A stretch of 64,000 nt of DNA, taken from the NCBI RefSeq assembly GCF_009914755.1, contig NC_060926.1. One strand, given 5' to 3'. The notes under the pieces are model-generated. The model made no database searches. It saw nothing but the letters and a program-made list of their open reading frames with translations, and was not told the DNA's origin. Made by a program: the position numbers and the translations under genes. Shown piece after piece: positions 1 to 14,398 of this stretch; the first letter of the stretch is position 1, and each line of letters starts with the position of its first letter. This DNA comes from the human T2T-CHM13v2.0 reference genome, Homo sapiens.

Positions 1-1713
1 AGAGATTTGGTAATTTTAAGATTTCAAATGAACAGCTTTGAAATTACATGTTGTTTGTGCACTGAAAACAGCTGGGTATCATGTCCTCTAGCTCTAAGTT
101 GCCTTTCATTAATAACCTATCGCATCTGACTAGGACTGCGGGAAATGAAAGTATAATTCTGGCTAAAGGAATTGGTAGAAATAAGTCATAAGCCCTAGAA
201 AAATGTTGTAACTGTAAGTTTTATCTGTAGCGAAACTATATTAATAAAGTTACTAAAAGTAAAAAGTCATTTACAGCTTGCAGTTGAGGAAACTGTTTTT
301 GTAGGAAAGCTCTTTCCTCAGAATGTTGAACTGGAAGATGGCTCGGTGGGTGATAGGACTTCAGGTGCTGGACAAATGCCAGGAGACTCACTCCGTTAAG
401 GTGTAAGTGTGGAGCTCATGAACATTTGTATCCCATCAAGTAGAAAATTGCTATTCCACCTTGCCATATAAAGTTGGCCAAATGTCTTCCTACTGTTTTT
501 CATTTGTTTAAACTTCTCTAATATGCAGCTAATTTTCTAATTATTATAATATGATACATTTAGCAATAATATTTTGTGAAACTGGCCTAAGTAATTCCTC
601 TTGCAACTGGAGACTGGACAAAAGTTATGGGGGAAAAAAAACAGGAATATTAAAATGATTGTATTAGAGAAATGTTTTCCATACAGGTGTGGTGCATTCT
701 GGATACTGACTCAGGGACTCTGGGCATCTTCCCAGAGACACCCCTAGATATAAAACTTGATGTAGCTTCTTGTAGTTCCTTTATTTCCAACTAGGGCATG
801 GGACTCTTGGCAAGGCTCTGAAGTAGAAAGTACCCTTTATAGACAGATAAAGAAGTACAGACAATCTGATAGTGTAAAGGTGGTTGGGGCATTTGTCTTT
901 TAGGGAAAATAATCCACATAAAACCACCTTTCTCATAGTTTTGTATGTTTAGGGAGAGCCCAATATTTTCAAAAAATGTTTGAAAGGCAGTAATTCCCCA
1001 GTGCAAGCCTACATTTTTATTTTTACCTATTATGTACCTAGTTAGCTTTCTGTAACTTCAAGAATTTGTCCTTATTTTCACCTAGCTAATGTGAAAATTT
1101 CATGCATTTATCACTTCACCTCATCACCACTGCAATTCTTTTGTTTTTTTCTTTCTGTTCAGTGATCTTTTGTTTTAGGAAAAAGGAGTTAGATTTACAG
1201 CCTTGGCAATCAAAGGTGTCTCTTTTAAATAACAGAATAAATATTGTATGGATAGTGAGAGTGTTTTTGTAACTGCAGGCAAGGACCTGTGTCTGCTCCT
1301 GTGGTCTCCTCAGCAGGCAGATTTCTGCTAGCACTTGCTGACATTTTCCATAGCAATAAGAGCAGCCAATAAAACAAGTGAAGACCATTGTGTGGCCGAA
1401 TGGGATAAATGCATAATAAAAAAAGAAACCATAATTAATTCTTGTCTTTGGGATAATGGAATCAGAACCTTGGTGCAGAGACCTCCCTCTACCCCATGAA
1501 TCATCAGTGTTAGACTTACAGTGCTTTGGGATGTTTTCAATATAATTTGGTTTTGTCGGACATTATATATATAAAATAGAAGATCTTGTTTACAGTACAA
1601 TTTTAGATCATCTTGGAAGACATTATGTATAAAACAAAACTCTGCTTTAAACAGTAATGGTTAAATTATTAAGCAACGGAAGTGTAGAATTAGTAGTGCA
1701 GAAAGTAATGACT

Positions 1714-2275
1714 TGTGAAAATAAATATAATTTAAAAGCTATCGAAGCCCCCAAAACACTTTAAGCCTTGAGAGAGATGTGACTGTGATCTGAGTCACAT
1801 ATGGCTACAACTTCTATTTCTCAGATTATAGATTACTTCATTTTCTTATTTTCCTTGTTCTGTACAATGACTAAAGATAATTAAATGATGTCAGGGACAA
1901 AAACCTCCTGCCTTCTTAATTAACGACCCTTGCTATAGATTAACTTCCCCTTTGTTGTTCTGCTTTGCTTAAACCAGATGACAGAAAACCCATGGCTATT
2001 CCAGCCTCTGTAAAAAATGTTAAATGTACCCTTCCCCAAAAGAAACACTGCCTATAACCAATCAAACTGCTGTAACGATGAGCCAAGTTTGTATGAATAC
2101 CTGGTAATCCTGCTAAAAACTCTATGTCTGCCTATAAATGTTAACTTCCCTGCTTGGGAATGCTGACTCCATTCTTTTAGAGTTGGTGTTTGCAGGTGGG
2201 CTTTCCTCAAACTTTGCACGTGCATAAACTCTCTTTAAATTGGATTCTGACTATTTTGATAAATTTAGGGTGACA
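1714..2275 (+). mobile_element. Solo LTR, ERV1 class (MER4-group, MER87-like; subfamily uncertain)
   Basis: TG...CA termini (TGTGAAAATAAA ... TTTAGGGTGACA), ~560 bp, TATAAA box near 2133, TGAGTCA site at 1791; no clean TSD. Confidence 0.75.
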
Positions 2276-2861
2276 CACATCAAGGATTCAGAGTCAGAAA
2301 GTTAACATGGGGACAAGTAGACCAGAAAGCTTCATAGGAATAGATAGCGCTTGACCTTAACCTTGAACAATGAGTGGGCTTCTTGATAGATACAGAGGGG
2401 AAAATGATAGAAGCCCTGAAGGTACAGATAAGAAGGGGTTCAAATGAAAAGAGTTGGTTCTCAGGCAGTAACAAGATCACCAACACTTGCTAGAGCAAAT
2501 GGAATCCAGCTGTGGAGACCTAATAGCTGAGGAAGTCGACCTCTGCTTTGTGGAGTGGATAATGGTTAAGTGGTAACTTTTGAAAGTATTTCTTTTTTTC
2601 TTTTTTTGGCTTCTCTGAACTGTGAGAGACAGGGTGATAATTTCCTTTTAAGTAAGTTAAGTAAGCAGAAGTGTTTAAGAATGTAAGACCTTGAAAGCCA
2701 ATATTGGAGGGAATGAGTTGGCTGTGATGGTTTGCCTGAGGACACTTTGAAGGTAGAATTCATTTCATCTCAAACTTTTCACACTTGGAAATGTCATTTC
2801 TGTAAGATTGTGTTAAAGGATCTTGAAATCATTTAAAAAATAGAGACAATAAAAATCCCAT

Positions 2862-3072
2862 CACTGTGCCAAATACTCTACTAGGTGCCTTACATAACGT
2901 TATAAGTTAGCTCTTTGCAGCAACTTTATGAGGTAGATGTTACTATGCTCATTTCACAGATAAAAAATTTTAGCTTCAAAGAAGTTATTTGGCTTGCTTG
3001 ACATCCCAGAAATATGAGGTGGCAGCGCTAGGCTTAACTTCAGGGGACTCTGCCTTTGCATTCATGCTCTTG
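2862..3072 (-). mobile_element. MIR SINE
   Basis: Antisense MIR core: CTTTATGAGGTAGATGTTACTATGCTCATTTCACAGAT. Confidence 0.75.
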
Positions 3073-6000
3073 AGTTATGTGCCATGGAGAGTGGAAAACA
3101 ATGGACGGTGATCTAGAAGCTTATATATTTTTTTCATGGAGGAGGATCCTTGCACACATGAAATTAAGCCAGACAAAGATCTGAGATAGTACATAACTTA
3201 GTGCTCTACTTCAAGGTCAGGCTACAAGTTATTGTCAGTAGCGAGATGAGGTTTCTACTTGTTTCTCCTTCAGTCAACAAGCACTGCTATAATTCCAATT
3301 GTGCATATGTGTAAAGTTTACAGGGCACTTTAAAAAATGTTTTAAAATAAACTTCACAAAAACTCATGAATAAGAGGTGGCGGATGTGCATTTTTTTCCA
3401 CTTTCTTGGAAAGAAAAACTGAGATTCAAGAGGTGCTAAATGGCGGAGTTGGCAATCAAATCCAGTTTTTGTTACTAAGTCTAATGGCATGCTTAATTTC
3501 TACGAAGTGTCTGATTGCCAGCACTATGTAGCAATTTTGGCTATTGGAAAGATGACTGAATATGATCTGTTATCTTTGCATTGTATCTGTTCATTATATC
3601 TATTGCAGCTTCCAATTTGTTAAAAATTTTGTTTAAAATATTTCTCTCCTTAAAATAACTTCGTTTTTCTAACCCGGTAGGGTTCATATTTTCTAATTAG
3701 CTATTCTTGGGATGATCCTCGAGTTAACATTTCTAATTTCTTCTATTCTTTTGGTTCCTAGTTTTAAGATTTCTCTATAAATGCAAAACCATTACCCCTT
3801 ATGTCAAACAGGATAGAACAATGTTGGCAATGCTGATGAATGAATATGAGAAGTAGGAACCTGGTGTCAGGGAAAGAATCTGTAGGTCCTGTTTCTTTTT
3901 GCACAAGTCTAGTTAAGGTTAGTTATTCATTGAATAATTATATTTCATTGAAAGGGCAGAAAAACAACACAGACAAAATCCTGGTTCCTTAAAATGTGCT
4001 GTTCTTTCCTTATGGGTAAGGTCCTCCTTTCAGAACTAAATGAGGTTACAAATTGAACTTGTATTTTAGCTTATTAAAGACTTGGTCTCACTTTTAGCAC
4101 TCAGGACCCTTGGAAGCCTTTGAAAGCCTCCTGCTGCTTTTCCCACAACCTTTGCACCATGACAGCCCGGCCACACTTATCTCTGCCTTGTAGAGCTATG
4201 GGAGAAAGTCAGGGTCAAATCATTAGGCATTTGTTACACCAGAAATCAGCATCATTGTAGGAGGTGGGTGACAGCCCTTTTCTGGGAGGGAGAGAGAGAA
4301 GGGTATGCATTTTACATTCCCTCTAGTGTAATTTGAGACCACGCCTGCAGGGTCCCCTGCTGCTGCATTCTTCAATGTTTAATCCCTTGTCTGGGGAAAA
4401 GCCTACAGCAAAAGCCTCAAGCGTTCTCCTATCACATCATAAGCAGGGAGACTTAAGAATCCTGAGAGGTATTACTACTGGAAGAAAAACGGAAAATGCA
4501 GTACAATCGTCCTCAGCGTTAACTACGTTTAAATGCATTCAGCAGTCATACACTAATAATAAAATGAGGAGAAATTTCTTCAGTGAGAAACTATGTTCTG
4601 ACTCTGTGATTCAATTAAAATGATTTAAAATGAAGTAGGAAAGATTTCCTGTGGCTGTGCGATATCACAGGGCTTCATGCAATTGAAAAGGAAAAATGCA
4701 AACACACTAAGAGTATCTGGAGAAAACACATGAGGAATGAATATCAAAGAAATCAACAGGAGAAATCACCTTCCCTAAGTATAATGTCAAGGAAACTCTA
4801 TTGAAAAAAAAATATTCATAATATCTCCTTCCAGGGGAATATGCAGAAGCAAAGGCAAGCATTTTTAAGACTAGCAAAAACTACACTGGAATTTAAAGCG
4901 AAAATTAATAATCTAGCTGACAAAGACCTACGGAAGGTGTTTATATGTTCCATAGGGGAAATAAAATCAATGAAAGAATGAACATATTGCATTTATACAT
5001 AACTCATGTTTTACGGCATTCTAGTCTCAACACTGTATTTTTGTTATTCCAAATGATTAAGGACCCACTGTAGCCCATTAAGTTTTTCGTGAGATGATGA
5101 TATGGTAGAATGACAATGAATATTTTGCTGCTATTCATGTTGAGAGGCTTGGAGAGTATACTGGTTGCATGCTTCCAGAAAAGAACAATAAATACTCCTT
5201 GCAGGTTTTATGAATTTACTTTTTCTTTAAGGTGGCTTAAACATGTATTTTTAAAAGAATGGGGGTCAGACCTGGCTGATACTCAGCTGTAGGTCCAGTA
5301 CAGCTGAACAGTTTGTTGATAGCCAGCATCCTTTCTCATTGGTCAGTGCCTAGAAAGAATCAGCTAAATATTTAGAATATAACTCTGAGACAGGGCATAT
5401 AGTGAATTTATGCCTCCTTTATTTATAATGTGATATAATATGAATTATTACAGCATGTTTTGGTCACAGATCATAAGAGTAGCACATTCTAGCTTCACAT
5501 GAAATATTGCTTACTTCAGATAGAAAAAAGATATTTGTTTTGAGCTTTACATCTTTTTCTTAAAGAAAAACATCTATTACTGAATATTGAATGAGAAAAT
5601 AAATATAATATTTTCACTGCTTAGTTATGTTTAATTACTTAGATAATAAATATCTTTCCTTATCCTTAGAGTAAGTATACTGTCTTGTACAATGATATTA
5701 AGAACAATATTATTTTAATGTTTAAAATTGTAATTACATATATTCTTCTTTCATTTAAAAGTTTTCTGAAACAAACAAAAAAGACCCACTAAATCTTATA
5801 AAATTAAACTGTATTTGTGATTTATTTGTGCAGAAAACATACACAATAAAGTCAAAAATTAAACCTTCCCATGCATAATAATTGTCAAGAATCTGGTAGT
5901 ATTAAAACATTGAATATTGGACATGAGCTTTGAATTGTTTCTCTAATAGTGATGATAGTTCTTTGCTTCTCATTTAACATGATTTGACTGAGTACCAAGG

Positions 6001-6214
6001 GAATACCAGATGCTATTGCAGGCAATGAGATTATAGAGGTGAGACCCATGGTCTCTTCTGGATTTTCAGATCTACATTGGGGTCTTTTTTGGGTTTACAA
6101 ATCTATTCCTATCCTTTCATTACATGACTTTGATGTTTTTACATACTGTGACAGAGATCGATCAGCTCAGAAAGAGTATTCTATTACTGTACAATTGGAT
6201 AGTAATAATCGTAA

Positions 6215-6410
6215 TGACGTGGGCAAATACTTATTAAATGCTTATTAACATTTGGTTCTAAATGTTTAATTTTACTTAATATAAACAAAATACCTATGAT
6301 AATGTTTTGTTGCTCTTCCCATTTTATAGAGAGGAAACTGAGAGAAGGTCCAAGTTCAAACAACTTGTAAGTGCCCGAACTGGTGTGCAGAATTCACTGT
6401 GACCTGGATA
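6215..6410 (-). mobile_element. MIR SINE
   Basis: CCCATTTTATAGAGAGGAAACTGAG antisense core followed by CCAAGTTCA...TGTAAGTG. Confidence 0.75.
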
Positions 6411-7269
6411 TGCATTGATGTAAATTCTAACCTAATAATTCAACCAATCAGAGAACCTATGATATCAGGACTGTTGCATGCATGGATGTTGTCTCTACCC
6501 AAATAGATTGTCACCTCTTGAGGAATATTTCTTCTGAACTGTCTCAAGAGATTAACTCAGTCTTGGGTGACAGAGAACCCTCCTGTGTGCATGTTGGTCA
6601 AGCTGCAGGGCTCCCTCCCCTGTGGTTAGCTTATGGCCCTCTGGAGGCCTATTGAATCGGAGCTAGGTCTGGCTCTGCAAGGTTTCCTGCCCCTCAGCTA
6701 GTGTTTCCCAGAGGCATCAGGCCTTGCCTTTGGAGATGGTGCTCTCCTTTGAGAAGTTTTACTGATATTTTGCTGTTATAGTACTTTTCAGTATCTGCTT
6801 TTTCTGCATCCTGGCTCCCTACAATGTAAACCTTCTTATTCCCCTTCCTAGCAATTTCTTTTTCTCTTTCAGCTCTGTGCTCTTGGAAGGGTTTTCATGA
6901 GTGATTTGCTGCTATTTCTGAGATTCTCAAGTGCTTAGACTAACTAACTAACACACCCCTTTTGATCTCTTAGGGACTCCCCACATATGGTTTTGTGCTC
7001 CTCATCTTGGAGGCTGCGGGGCTGTCTCCTCTTTCAGCTAGTTATTCTTCCAGTTAGTTTCATCACATGGTATCTCCTCTCCTTTTGGAAGAAAGTGTTG
7101 TCTATTCGGGTTCCACCTTTGGTTCCACTTCATCTCCTGCCGCTCCTGCTACATAACAGCTGATTCTTCACTGGCCCTGTTGCTAGAGGTTGACGGGTTG
7201 AGGGCGCTGGCCACAACTGACTGCCCATACCCTGGGGTTTGGTGACATGTCATCTGTGGCTTTCTGCCC

Positions 7270-8200
7270 CTCTTTCTTGATCTCATCTGAAGAAAATTAT
7301 TTTTATTTCTTTCCTAAAAATAGATTTCCTGTTCTCGCTTCATCAATGAAATTTCTTCCCTTTCCTCTCTGAAGGTATTAATGAGATCTTTTCCTTCTTT
7401 GTCTGCTGTTCTGCATATTCTCCTTTCCTTCAAATTATTTATTTTGTGTTCGATTTGCTCACTATTTATCACATTATAAACTTTTATCAGATAGTTGGAA
7501 CCTGGCGAACCTAGGTTGTTTGCTCTGATTTACGAATGGGCATCATGAAAACAATGAAAGTCTTTTGAGTGTGTGTGAGTTTACCCATTCTGAGCTTTAA
7601 GACAGGGTAATTGCTGCCTGGCCTGCTTTCTTGAGGAGGCTGTGATGTCAGTAATTTTAGGTACCTGCCTAGAGCCAGTCACGTTTCTTGGAGAAAGACC
7701 CTCTCATCTCTTCTCTGAAGGAAGTAGACCTAGCTGCCTTACCTGAAAGCTGAGTGAAGAAATGGAGTTAGGATATTCATGTTTCTTATCACCCTGTTGA
7801 TAGTGTGGTGTCCCTGACATCAACCTATCCCTGAATTCTGAAATCCTGTATGTTACCCTCTGCAGCAAATGAATGTCTAGTATTTTAACAAGGTAGAGGA
7901 GAGGGAACTAAGTCAGGGAGGAGATGTGATTACATCTTGAAAAGTCTCTCTGTTTTTCAGCCCCACCTTCATTTTTTATTGCAAATTTCCCTGGTGCCCC
8001 AATTCTTTGAAGGAATCAGCGGTGCAGTTCAGAGTGTGTCTCTGTTTTTCTGACTGCTAAGACAGTTTTGGGTTTTGTTTCTCAGCCTCTAATATTTTAT
8101 TGCTCTTGTCTCTTGTCCCATTTTGTTGCCTTTGTGGGTTTACGGTGTTTGAGAACAATTTTTATTGTTGTTTTAATGGAATGGTTGAAGGGAAGCAAAA
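7270..8200 (-). mobile_element. Ancient L1-related 5' fragment (HAL1/L1ME-like)
   Basis: T-rich stretch resembling an antisense HAL1/L1M 5' region; very degenerate. Confidence 0.35.
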
Positions 8201-8778
8201 GTAAATTCATGCATTTGGTTCACCACCATTATGCAAAATGAGCTCAAAATTGGCACTGTGATAAATACCCAAGAATATAAAAAATGTGTACCTTTACAAA
8301 TTATATATTTTTTTGCCATTTTGAGGACAAAGACTCCACATCTTTGAAACATTTATTATTCTACCTTCTGTATTATAATTGTCGCAAGATCTGGAACTTC
8401 TGTTATGTCTCAAGTTCCTCTGCAAAGAAATAATCTGTTTTCCTATAGGAAAGATGCTATCCCTTACTATATTACAAATCTAATTTATAGAAAAATGGCT
8501 GCCATAGGTTTTTTTAATCTTCTGAAAAATCACTACCTTATATCAACACTATAAAACTAAATCTCTAACAGTATTTTTCTAAACCACTAAATGAGGGGTA
8601 TTAATTACAAATGCCTAAGATTAAGTTTTAATTATAACTAATGTGTTTCCACTTTGAAAAAGTTTGTTCACCCCCTTCCTTCTAACCAAAGTTCTCTTAT
8701 TGGCTTTAGTTTACTAATTATTACAGAGAGACAACCTGTTATTTTTAAAAACAAATCTCATTATCTGATTATTTTAGC

Positions 8779-9316
8779 ATGTATTTTTTAGGTATCTATG
8801 GTTGTAAAGCAAAGTACCCATAAACCAAGGGGCTGAAAGCAACCATTTTATGTTGCTTACAGTTTTATGTGTCAAGGAATTTGAATGGTCTTGGCTAGGT
8901 GGGTTGTCTCTGGTTCACATGACATCATCAGAGTTTCCCAAGACTTGAGGATTGCATTTCAAGATGAAATCTTCACTCATATGGCTGGCACTGCAGTGCT
9001 CCTTAGCTTCTCTCTCCACCTGGCATTTTATCTTCCAGGCCCTCTTCATGCGTCTTTGGCTCTTCCAGGCTAGCAGTCTCAGGGTAGTCAGACTTCTTAC
9101 ATTAACAGTTGATTTCCTCCAGAGCAAGGGTTCCATGAGCAAATGTTTCACGAGATAGAAAGTGGAAGCTGACCTGGGCCTGGCATCACACCGCTTGTGT
9201 TGTTTTCTGTTGGTCAGAGCAGTTACAGAACCTACCCATTCAAGAGGAGGTGGTATAGAGGCCTCCTCACAATGGGTGAAGTGACAGAGCATGTGCAGTC
9301 ACCTCTAGCCTGATAA

Positions 9317-9320
<4 letters not shown>
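8779..9320 (-). mobile_element. MaLR solo LTR (MLT1 family, MLT1G/H-like)
   Basis: Antisense MLT1 hallmarks: TCAAGATG..CTTCACTCATATGGCTGGC, CAGGGTAGTCAGACTTCTTACAT, TCTGTTGGTCAGAGCAGTTACA. Confidence 0.8.

Positions 9321-9361
<41 letters not shown>
9318..9361. repeat. (CA)22 microsatellite
   Basis: Perfect CA run read directly. Confidence 0.98.
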
Positions 9362-9365
<4 letters not shown>

Positions 9366-9433
9366 GCAAATATATAATATATACTGCCTGTAAAAATACA
9401 TGACTAATTTCAGGACCTAAAGAAATACATGGC

Positions 9434-9812
<379 letters not shown>

Positions 9813-11104
9813 TCATCTGTTTATATCTTTTTGGTGGAATTTCTGCTAAACTTCTGCTATAGCTTTGACTGATATCTCTTGTGATTGCTGAGAACAAGTC
9901 TTCACAGAGAGAATTTTCTGAAGAGCCACCAAACTGCCTATTGGACAGTGCTGGGATTGCCGCCTCATTCCCCAGAGGATGTGGCTGTGTTTGAACCATT
10001 ATCCACATGCAATTAAGATGGTAGAGCAGTATACAAAGTATCTCCGCCAAGGAAATGTCATCTTTCAAAGCAACAGCTGTAGCAGGAACCATAGCAACCG
10101 TCCCTTAATACCAGAAAAAATAACCTCATGGAAAAGACACAATCTTGACTGATCTAGCTGCTTGACCTTATACAAATAATTATATTTCCTATGCATTTAA
10201 ATTTATAAAGTAGAACCAATCATTCTTCTATCAAGGGATTGTTGTGAGACTGAAATAACACTCACATTGAGTCACAATATCTGGAAAAGAACTGGATATG
10301 GGTTTTGGGCTATAATAATTAACATTATTATGTTTTGAGGAGCAATATAAAAATGTATTGGTATAACCAGCTACAGAGGTAATGTACCTTAGCATTCATT
10401 ATACCTAACTCTATTGATATTTAATGTCAAAATATATTGGGTTCTACAGACTCCCTGAATCTGTGCCACCTACAAGTTCATTCAAGTATTAGTTAAAGTA
10501 AGGAGCACTGCCTTTAAGACACGACCAAAACTTCCCAGAGGATGAGCACAGTAGGTTGTCAGTACCTCTCCTCTGATAGTTTTTTATGTGGCAATTTGCT
10601 GAGACTCCATCTTAAATCCGTGAGCTTTGTCTGTCCAAAATTCAATAAATTCCACTTTTGCCTGGAGGATATGATGTAAGGAGTCTATCCCTTTCTTGAC
10701 TTCCGCATGGATGACCAGTTCATTAGGACAGGGTCCTGTCGATATAGGTATCATCACCATTATTATTGTCATCATCATTTTACATATTCTAATCACACAT
10801 TGATTTCAAAGAATGCAAAACATAAGGCTGCATCCCTGACCTTAGTCACGTACCATTTCGAGGGTGCCCTGTTGATAATAAAGGAGACTATATATATAAA
10901 GATGTGGTTTGGGGAGTGTAAGCCATCACTATTACTAGAAAACAACACAAACCAATGCAGCCAGTCTGAGGAAGCTCATGATATGACAGAGAGGCATAAC
11001 TTGAGTGAATTTGTGGCATCCAGGAAGACTTGCCTCTCTCACCTGTGGCCTGGAGCTTGTGGTCCTGATACAATACGCTTACTAGTAATTACTTTCACAA
11101 GAAA

Positions 11105-11300
11105 GGGGCATTAGCTTCAGAGACCTGCAGATGTGGATTCCAATCTTCACTACATTACTTAATGGTTTTGTGTCTTAAGAAAAGATAGTTAACTACTTTG
11201 ATACTTGGATTTTTCAGCTGTAAAATGTTTATCTTATAAAAAGTGTTGTGAAATTTAAATGTGATGATATATGTGAAACTCCTAACATTACTTGCACTTA
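11105..11300 (+). mobile_element. MIR SINE
   Basis: CAGCTGTAAAATG...GTTGTGAAATTTAAATG.GATGATATATGTGAAA matches the MIR core and 3' part. Confidence 0.7.
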
Positions 11301-11338
11301 ATGTTTACATCAACAACAATTGATTCAGGAAAGCCAGA

Positions 11339-11480
11339 CTTCCCCTTCCCTCCCTCCCTCCGTCCCTCCCTCCCTCCCTCCCTCCCTTCCTTCCTTCCTC
11401 TCTCTCTCCCTCCCTCCCTCCTCCCTCTCTCCTTCCCTCCCCGCCTTTCTTCCTTTTTCTTTTTCTTTCTTCCCTTCTTA
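11339..11480. repeat. Polypyrimidine (CCCT)n/(CCTT)n tract
   Basis: ~140 bp almost purely C/T. Confidence 0.95.
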
Positions 11481-11789
11481 TTACCTCATCTGGATGCCTA
11501 GTCAGATTATTCTGAAGCAATTATCAGCTATTATATTACATCCTTGCATCTTGAAATATTTTAATATGTATACTTAAATTATTTTCAAACATAGCATTTG
11601 TACTATGATGATACCTAAATTATTAACAATAATTAGTAGAATTATTCTTTATCATCATCATCAAATATTCAGCCAATGTTCACATCTCCTCATCTGCCTT
11701 GTAATTATTTTTGCAATCTGTTTGCATTGGGATCAAGATAATGTCCATATATCGCTGATATGTCTTTCAAGGGTCTTTTTAAAAATAAA

Positions 11790-12500
11790 CTTTTTATTTG
11801 AAAGTGATTCTAGGTATACAGAAGAGCTGCAAAGCTAGTACAGAGAGTTTTGGTATATCCTTGTGAAAGTTGCAGATGCCAGCATGAAATCACTTTTTGT
11901 CAGACCCAAACAAATTAGAGCCAGGAAAGCATGAAGAGGGAGAGCTCGTGCTTGCATATCTGAGATAAAGACTGTCTCAAGGACTTTCTAAAATAACCCG
12001 ACAAAAAAAATTATTCCTTCTTTAGGACTGCAGCAATAAGATGCTGTAGATAAGATGCTCTTGGAAGAACATCTGCCCAGTAATGGCATCTCCACCAATG
12101 AACTGATGCTATCTCTGGCTTTGAGCCTCTGAAATCAATGAACTCTGTTTCCAAGTAGTTTATGTGAACTTCTCCTTGTGTCAACAAAAGCTTGTTTACC
12201 CTCCTTTTTCAGGTGCATATATGGCTTGCCATACCCATGGATCTGAGATTATAGTCCTCTTTTGTAATTCCCAAATAAACTCAACATACTTTCAGACATT
12301 TTTCTCTGATTTCTTTTTTTAGGTTGACATTCTTTACTCAGTTTTTGCTAATGTTAGCGTCTTACATAATCATGGTACTTCAACACTAAGAAATAACATT
12401 ACTATAATACTGAAAACTAAACTACAGACTTTATTTGAATTTCACCAGTTTTTCCACTAATCCAGCGAGCATTCTAGGATTCTATATTATATTTAGGTTT
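11790..12500 (-). mobile_element. L1MB (L1MB7/8-like) 3' end fragment split by an LTR
   Basis: TTTTTATTTGAAA..ACAGAAGAGCTGCAAAG.TAGTACAGAGAG resumes after the LTR as TTACTCAGTTT..CTACAGACTTTATTTGAATTTCACCAGTTTTTCCACTAAT. Confidence 0.7.
11862..12329 (+). mobile_element. Solo LTR, ERV1 class (MER65/LTR23-like group; subfamily uncertain)
   Basis: TGTGAAAGTTG...TTAGGTTGACA termini, AATAAA near 12274, approximate 4-bp TSD TCCT/TTCT. Confidence 0.8.
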
Positions 12501-13924
12501 AAGTCTCTTTTAAACTCTAATTTTCCTCTAGATCTTTTTTATTGCCATGTTTCATATGATAAGCCAGACATTTTTTAATACACACTTTTAAATGTGAATT
12601 GTAACTTTATACGTGCGCTATTTTTAACGTTTCTCTCTACCTTGAATTGGTATTATGTATAAATATTTATCAAATTTAGAATTTATGTATTTATTAGTTG
12701 GTATTAAACTGCTTAATGGACAGGGTTGTGTACTTTCATCATGAAATTCCTGAGTCTAGTTTTCTCTCCTTCTGATGTTAGTAGCAATTGATGATCATTG
12801 TTTAGATCCATTAACTCATTAGGGGCTACAGAATGGTGATATTCTATCATTCTTCATTGTATATAAACTATTTCAGAATAAGAAATTTTTCCTCTTCAAC
12901 TGTAAAAGAAGAGAATTTTCCCCCTTTATTTAATAGTTTTCAAAGAAGTGCAGTCATTTCCTGACATCTTTCAGTCATTTATATTTATAATCTACTCTAT
13001 TTTCATGGCCCTTTTTCAATACTGTTGGTTATAGTTGATAGATATAGATAGTCAGAGAATTTTTAGGTTTATAGAAACATTTGAACAGAAAGGGCAGAGT
13101 TTCCATGTACTTCTTCTCCCCACACACAGCTTCCCCTATTATTAACATCATGCACTAATGTAGGATATTTGTTACAATAGGAATCAGTACATTCCTATTA
13201 ATTAAAGTCCACAGTTTAGATACAGTAGGGTTCACTCTTTGTGATGTGCAAGTCTGTGGATTTTGTGAATATATATCATGTGTCCATCATTACAGTATGA
13301 CACATAATAGTTCCACTCCCCTAAAAATCCCCTATGTTACACCTATTTATTCCTTCCTTACTCCTAAGCTCTGAAAACCACTGATTTTTTTTTTCTTTTT
13401 GCTGTCTCTACACTTTTGCCTTTTCCAGAATGCCATATAGTTAGAGTCCTATAGCATATAGCCTTTCAGACTGGCTTATCTCTCTTAGCAATATGCATTT
13501 AAACTTCCTTCATGTCCTTCTGTGGCTTGGTAGCTCATTTCTTTTTATCACTGAAAAATATTCCATTGTCTGGATGTACTGTAGTTTGTTTATCCATTCA
13601 TCTATTAAAGGACATATTGGTTGCTTCAAGTTTTGACAATTATGAGGAAAGCTGCTATAAACATTCATGTACAGGCTTTTCTGTGGATATAAATTTTCAT
13701 TTTATTTGAGTAAATACCAAAGAATGCAATTGCTGGGTCAAATAATAAGACTATGTTTCACTTTATTTAAAAAAATGTCCAACTATCTTATGATGTAGTT
13801 ATATTTTGCATTCTTGCCAGCAATGAATGAGAGTTCCTGTTGCTCCTTACACTTGGCAGCATTTAGAGTGTCAGTGTTTTGGATTTTGCTCATTTCTCGT
13901 AGGTGTACAGTGGTATCTCATTGG

Positions 13925-14398
13925 TTGTTTTTTTGGGTGGGGGAGGGGAACAGTCTGGCTCTGTCATCCAGGCTGGAGTGCAATGGTGCAATCTTGGTTC
14001 ACTGCAACCTCTGCCTCTTACACTCAGGTGATTCTCCCACCTCAGCTTTCTGATTAGCTGGGACTACAGGCATGCGTTACCATGCCCGACTAATTTTTTT
14101 TTCTTTCTTTTTTTTTGGCGATGGAGTTTCGCTCTGTCACTCAGACTGGAGATCATTGGTGCGATCTCTGTTCACTGCAACCTCCGCCTCCTAGGTTCAA
14201 ATGATTCTCCTGCCTCAGCCTCGTGAGTAGCTGGGATTACAGGCACCCACCATCATGCCTGGCTAAATTTTGTATTTTTGTAGAGACGGGGTTTCACCAT
14301 ATTGCCCAGGCTGGTCTTCAACTCCTGAGCTCAAGCGATCCGCTCACCATGGCCTCCTGAAGTGTAGGGATTACAGCCGTGAGCCATGGCACCTGGCC
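13925..14398 (-). mobile_element. Composite Alu: AluJ carrying an extra AluS-type right monomer
   Basis: One left arm (14281-14398) and two right arms (14118-14265, 13950-14093) inside one outer TSD TATCTCATTG (13914-13923, 14399-14408). Confidence 0.9.

Larger units (their letters stand above)
11500..13000 (-). mobile_element. Old L1 3' end (L1MC4/5-like), interrupted by an L1MB-like fragment and an LTR
   Basis: Degenerate antisense L1MC 3'UTR motifs on both sides of 11790-12500 (e.g. ATCATCAAATATTCAG; TAGATCCATTAACTCATTAGGGG..CAGAATGGTGATATTCTA). Confidence 0.55.

Noticed and set aside
10566-10796. Protein-looking minus-strand ORF or exon (GPCPNELVIHAEVKKGIDSLHH...)
   Set aside because: No recognisable homology, in-frame stop before a weak AG|GTACTG donor, and the acceptor lacks a pyrimidine tract; cannot be supported without RNA data
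11292-11577. Pro/Ser-rich and Gly/Arg/Glu-rich ORFs
   Set aside because: Artefacts of the (CCCT)n tract
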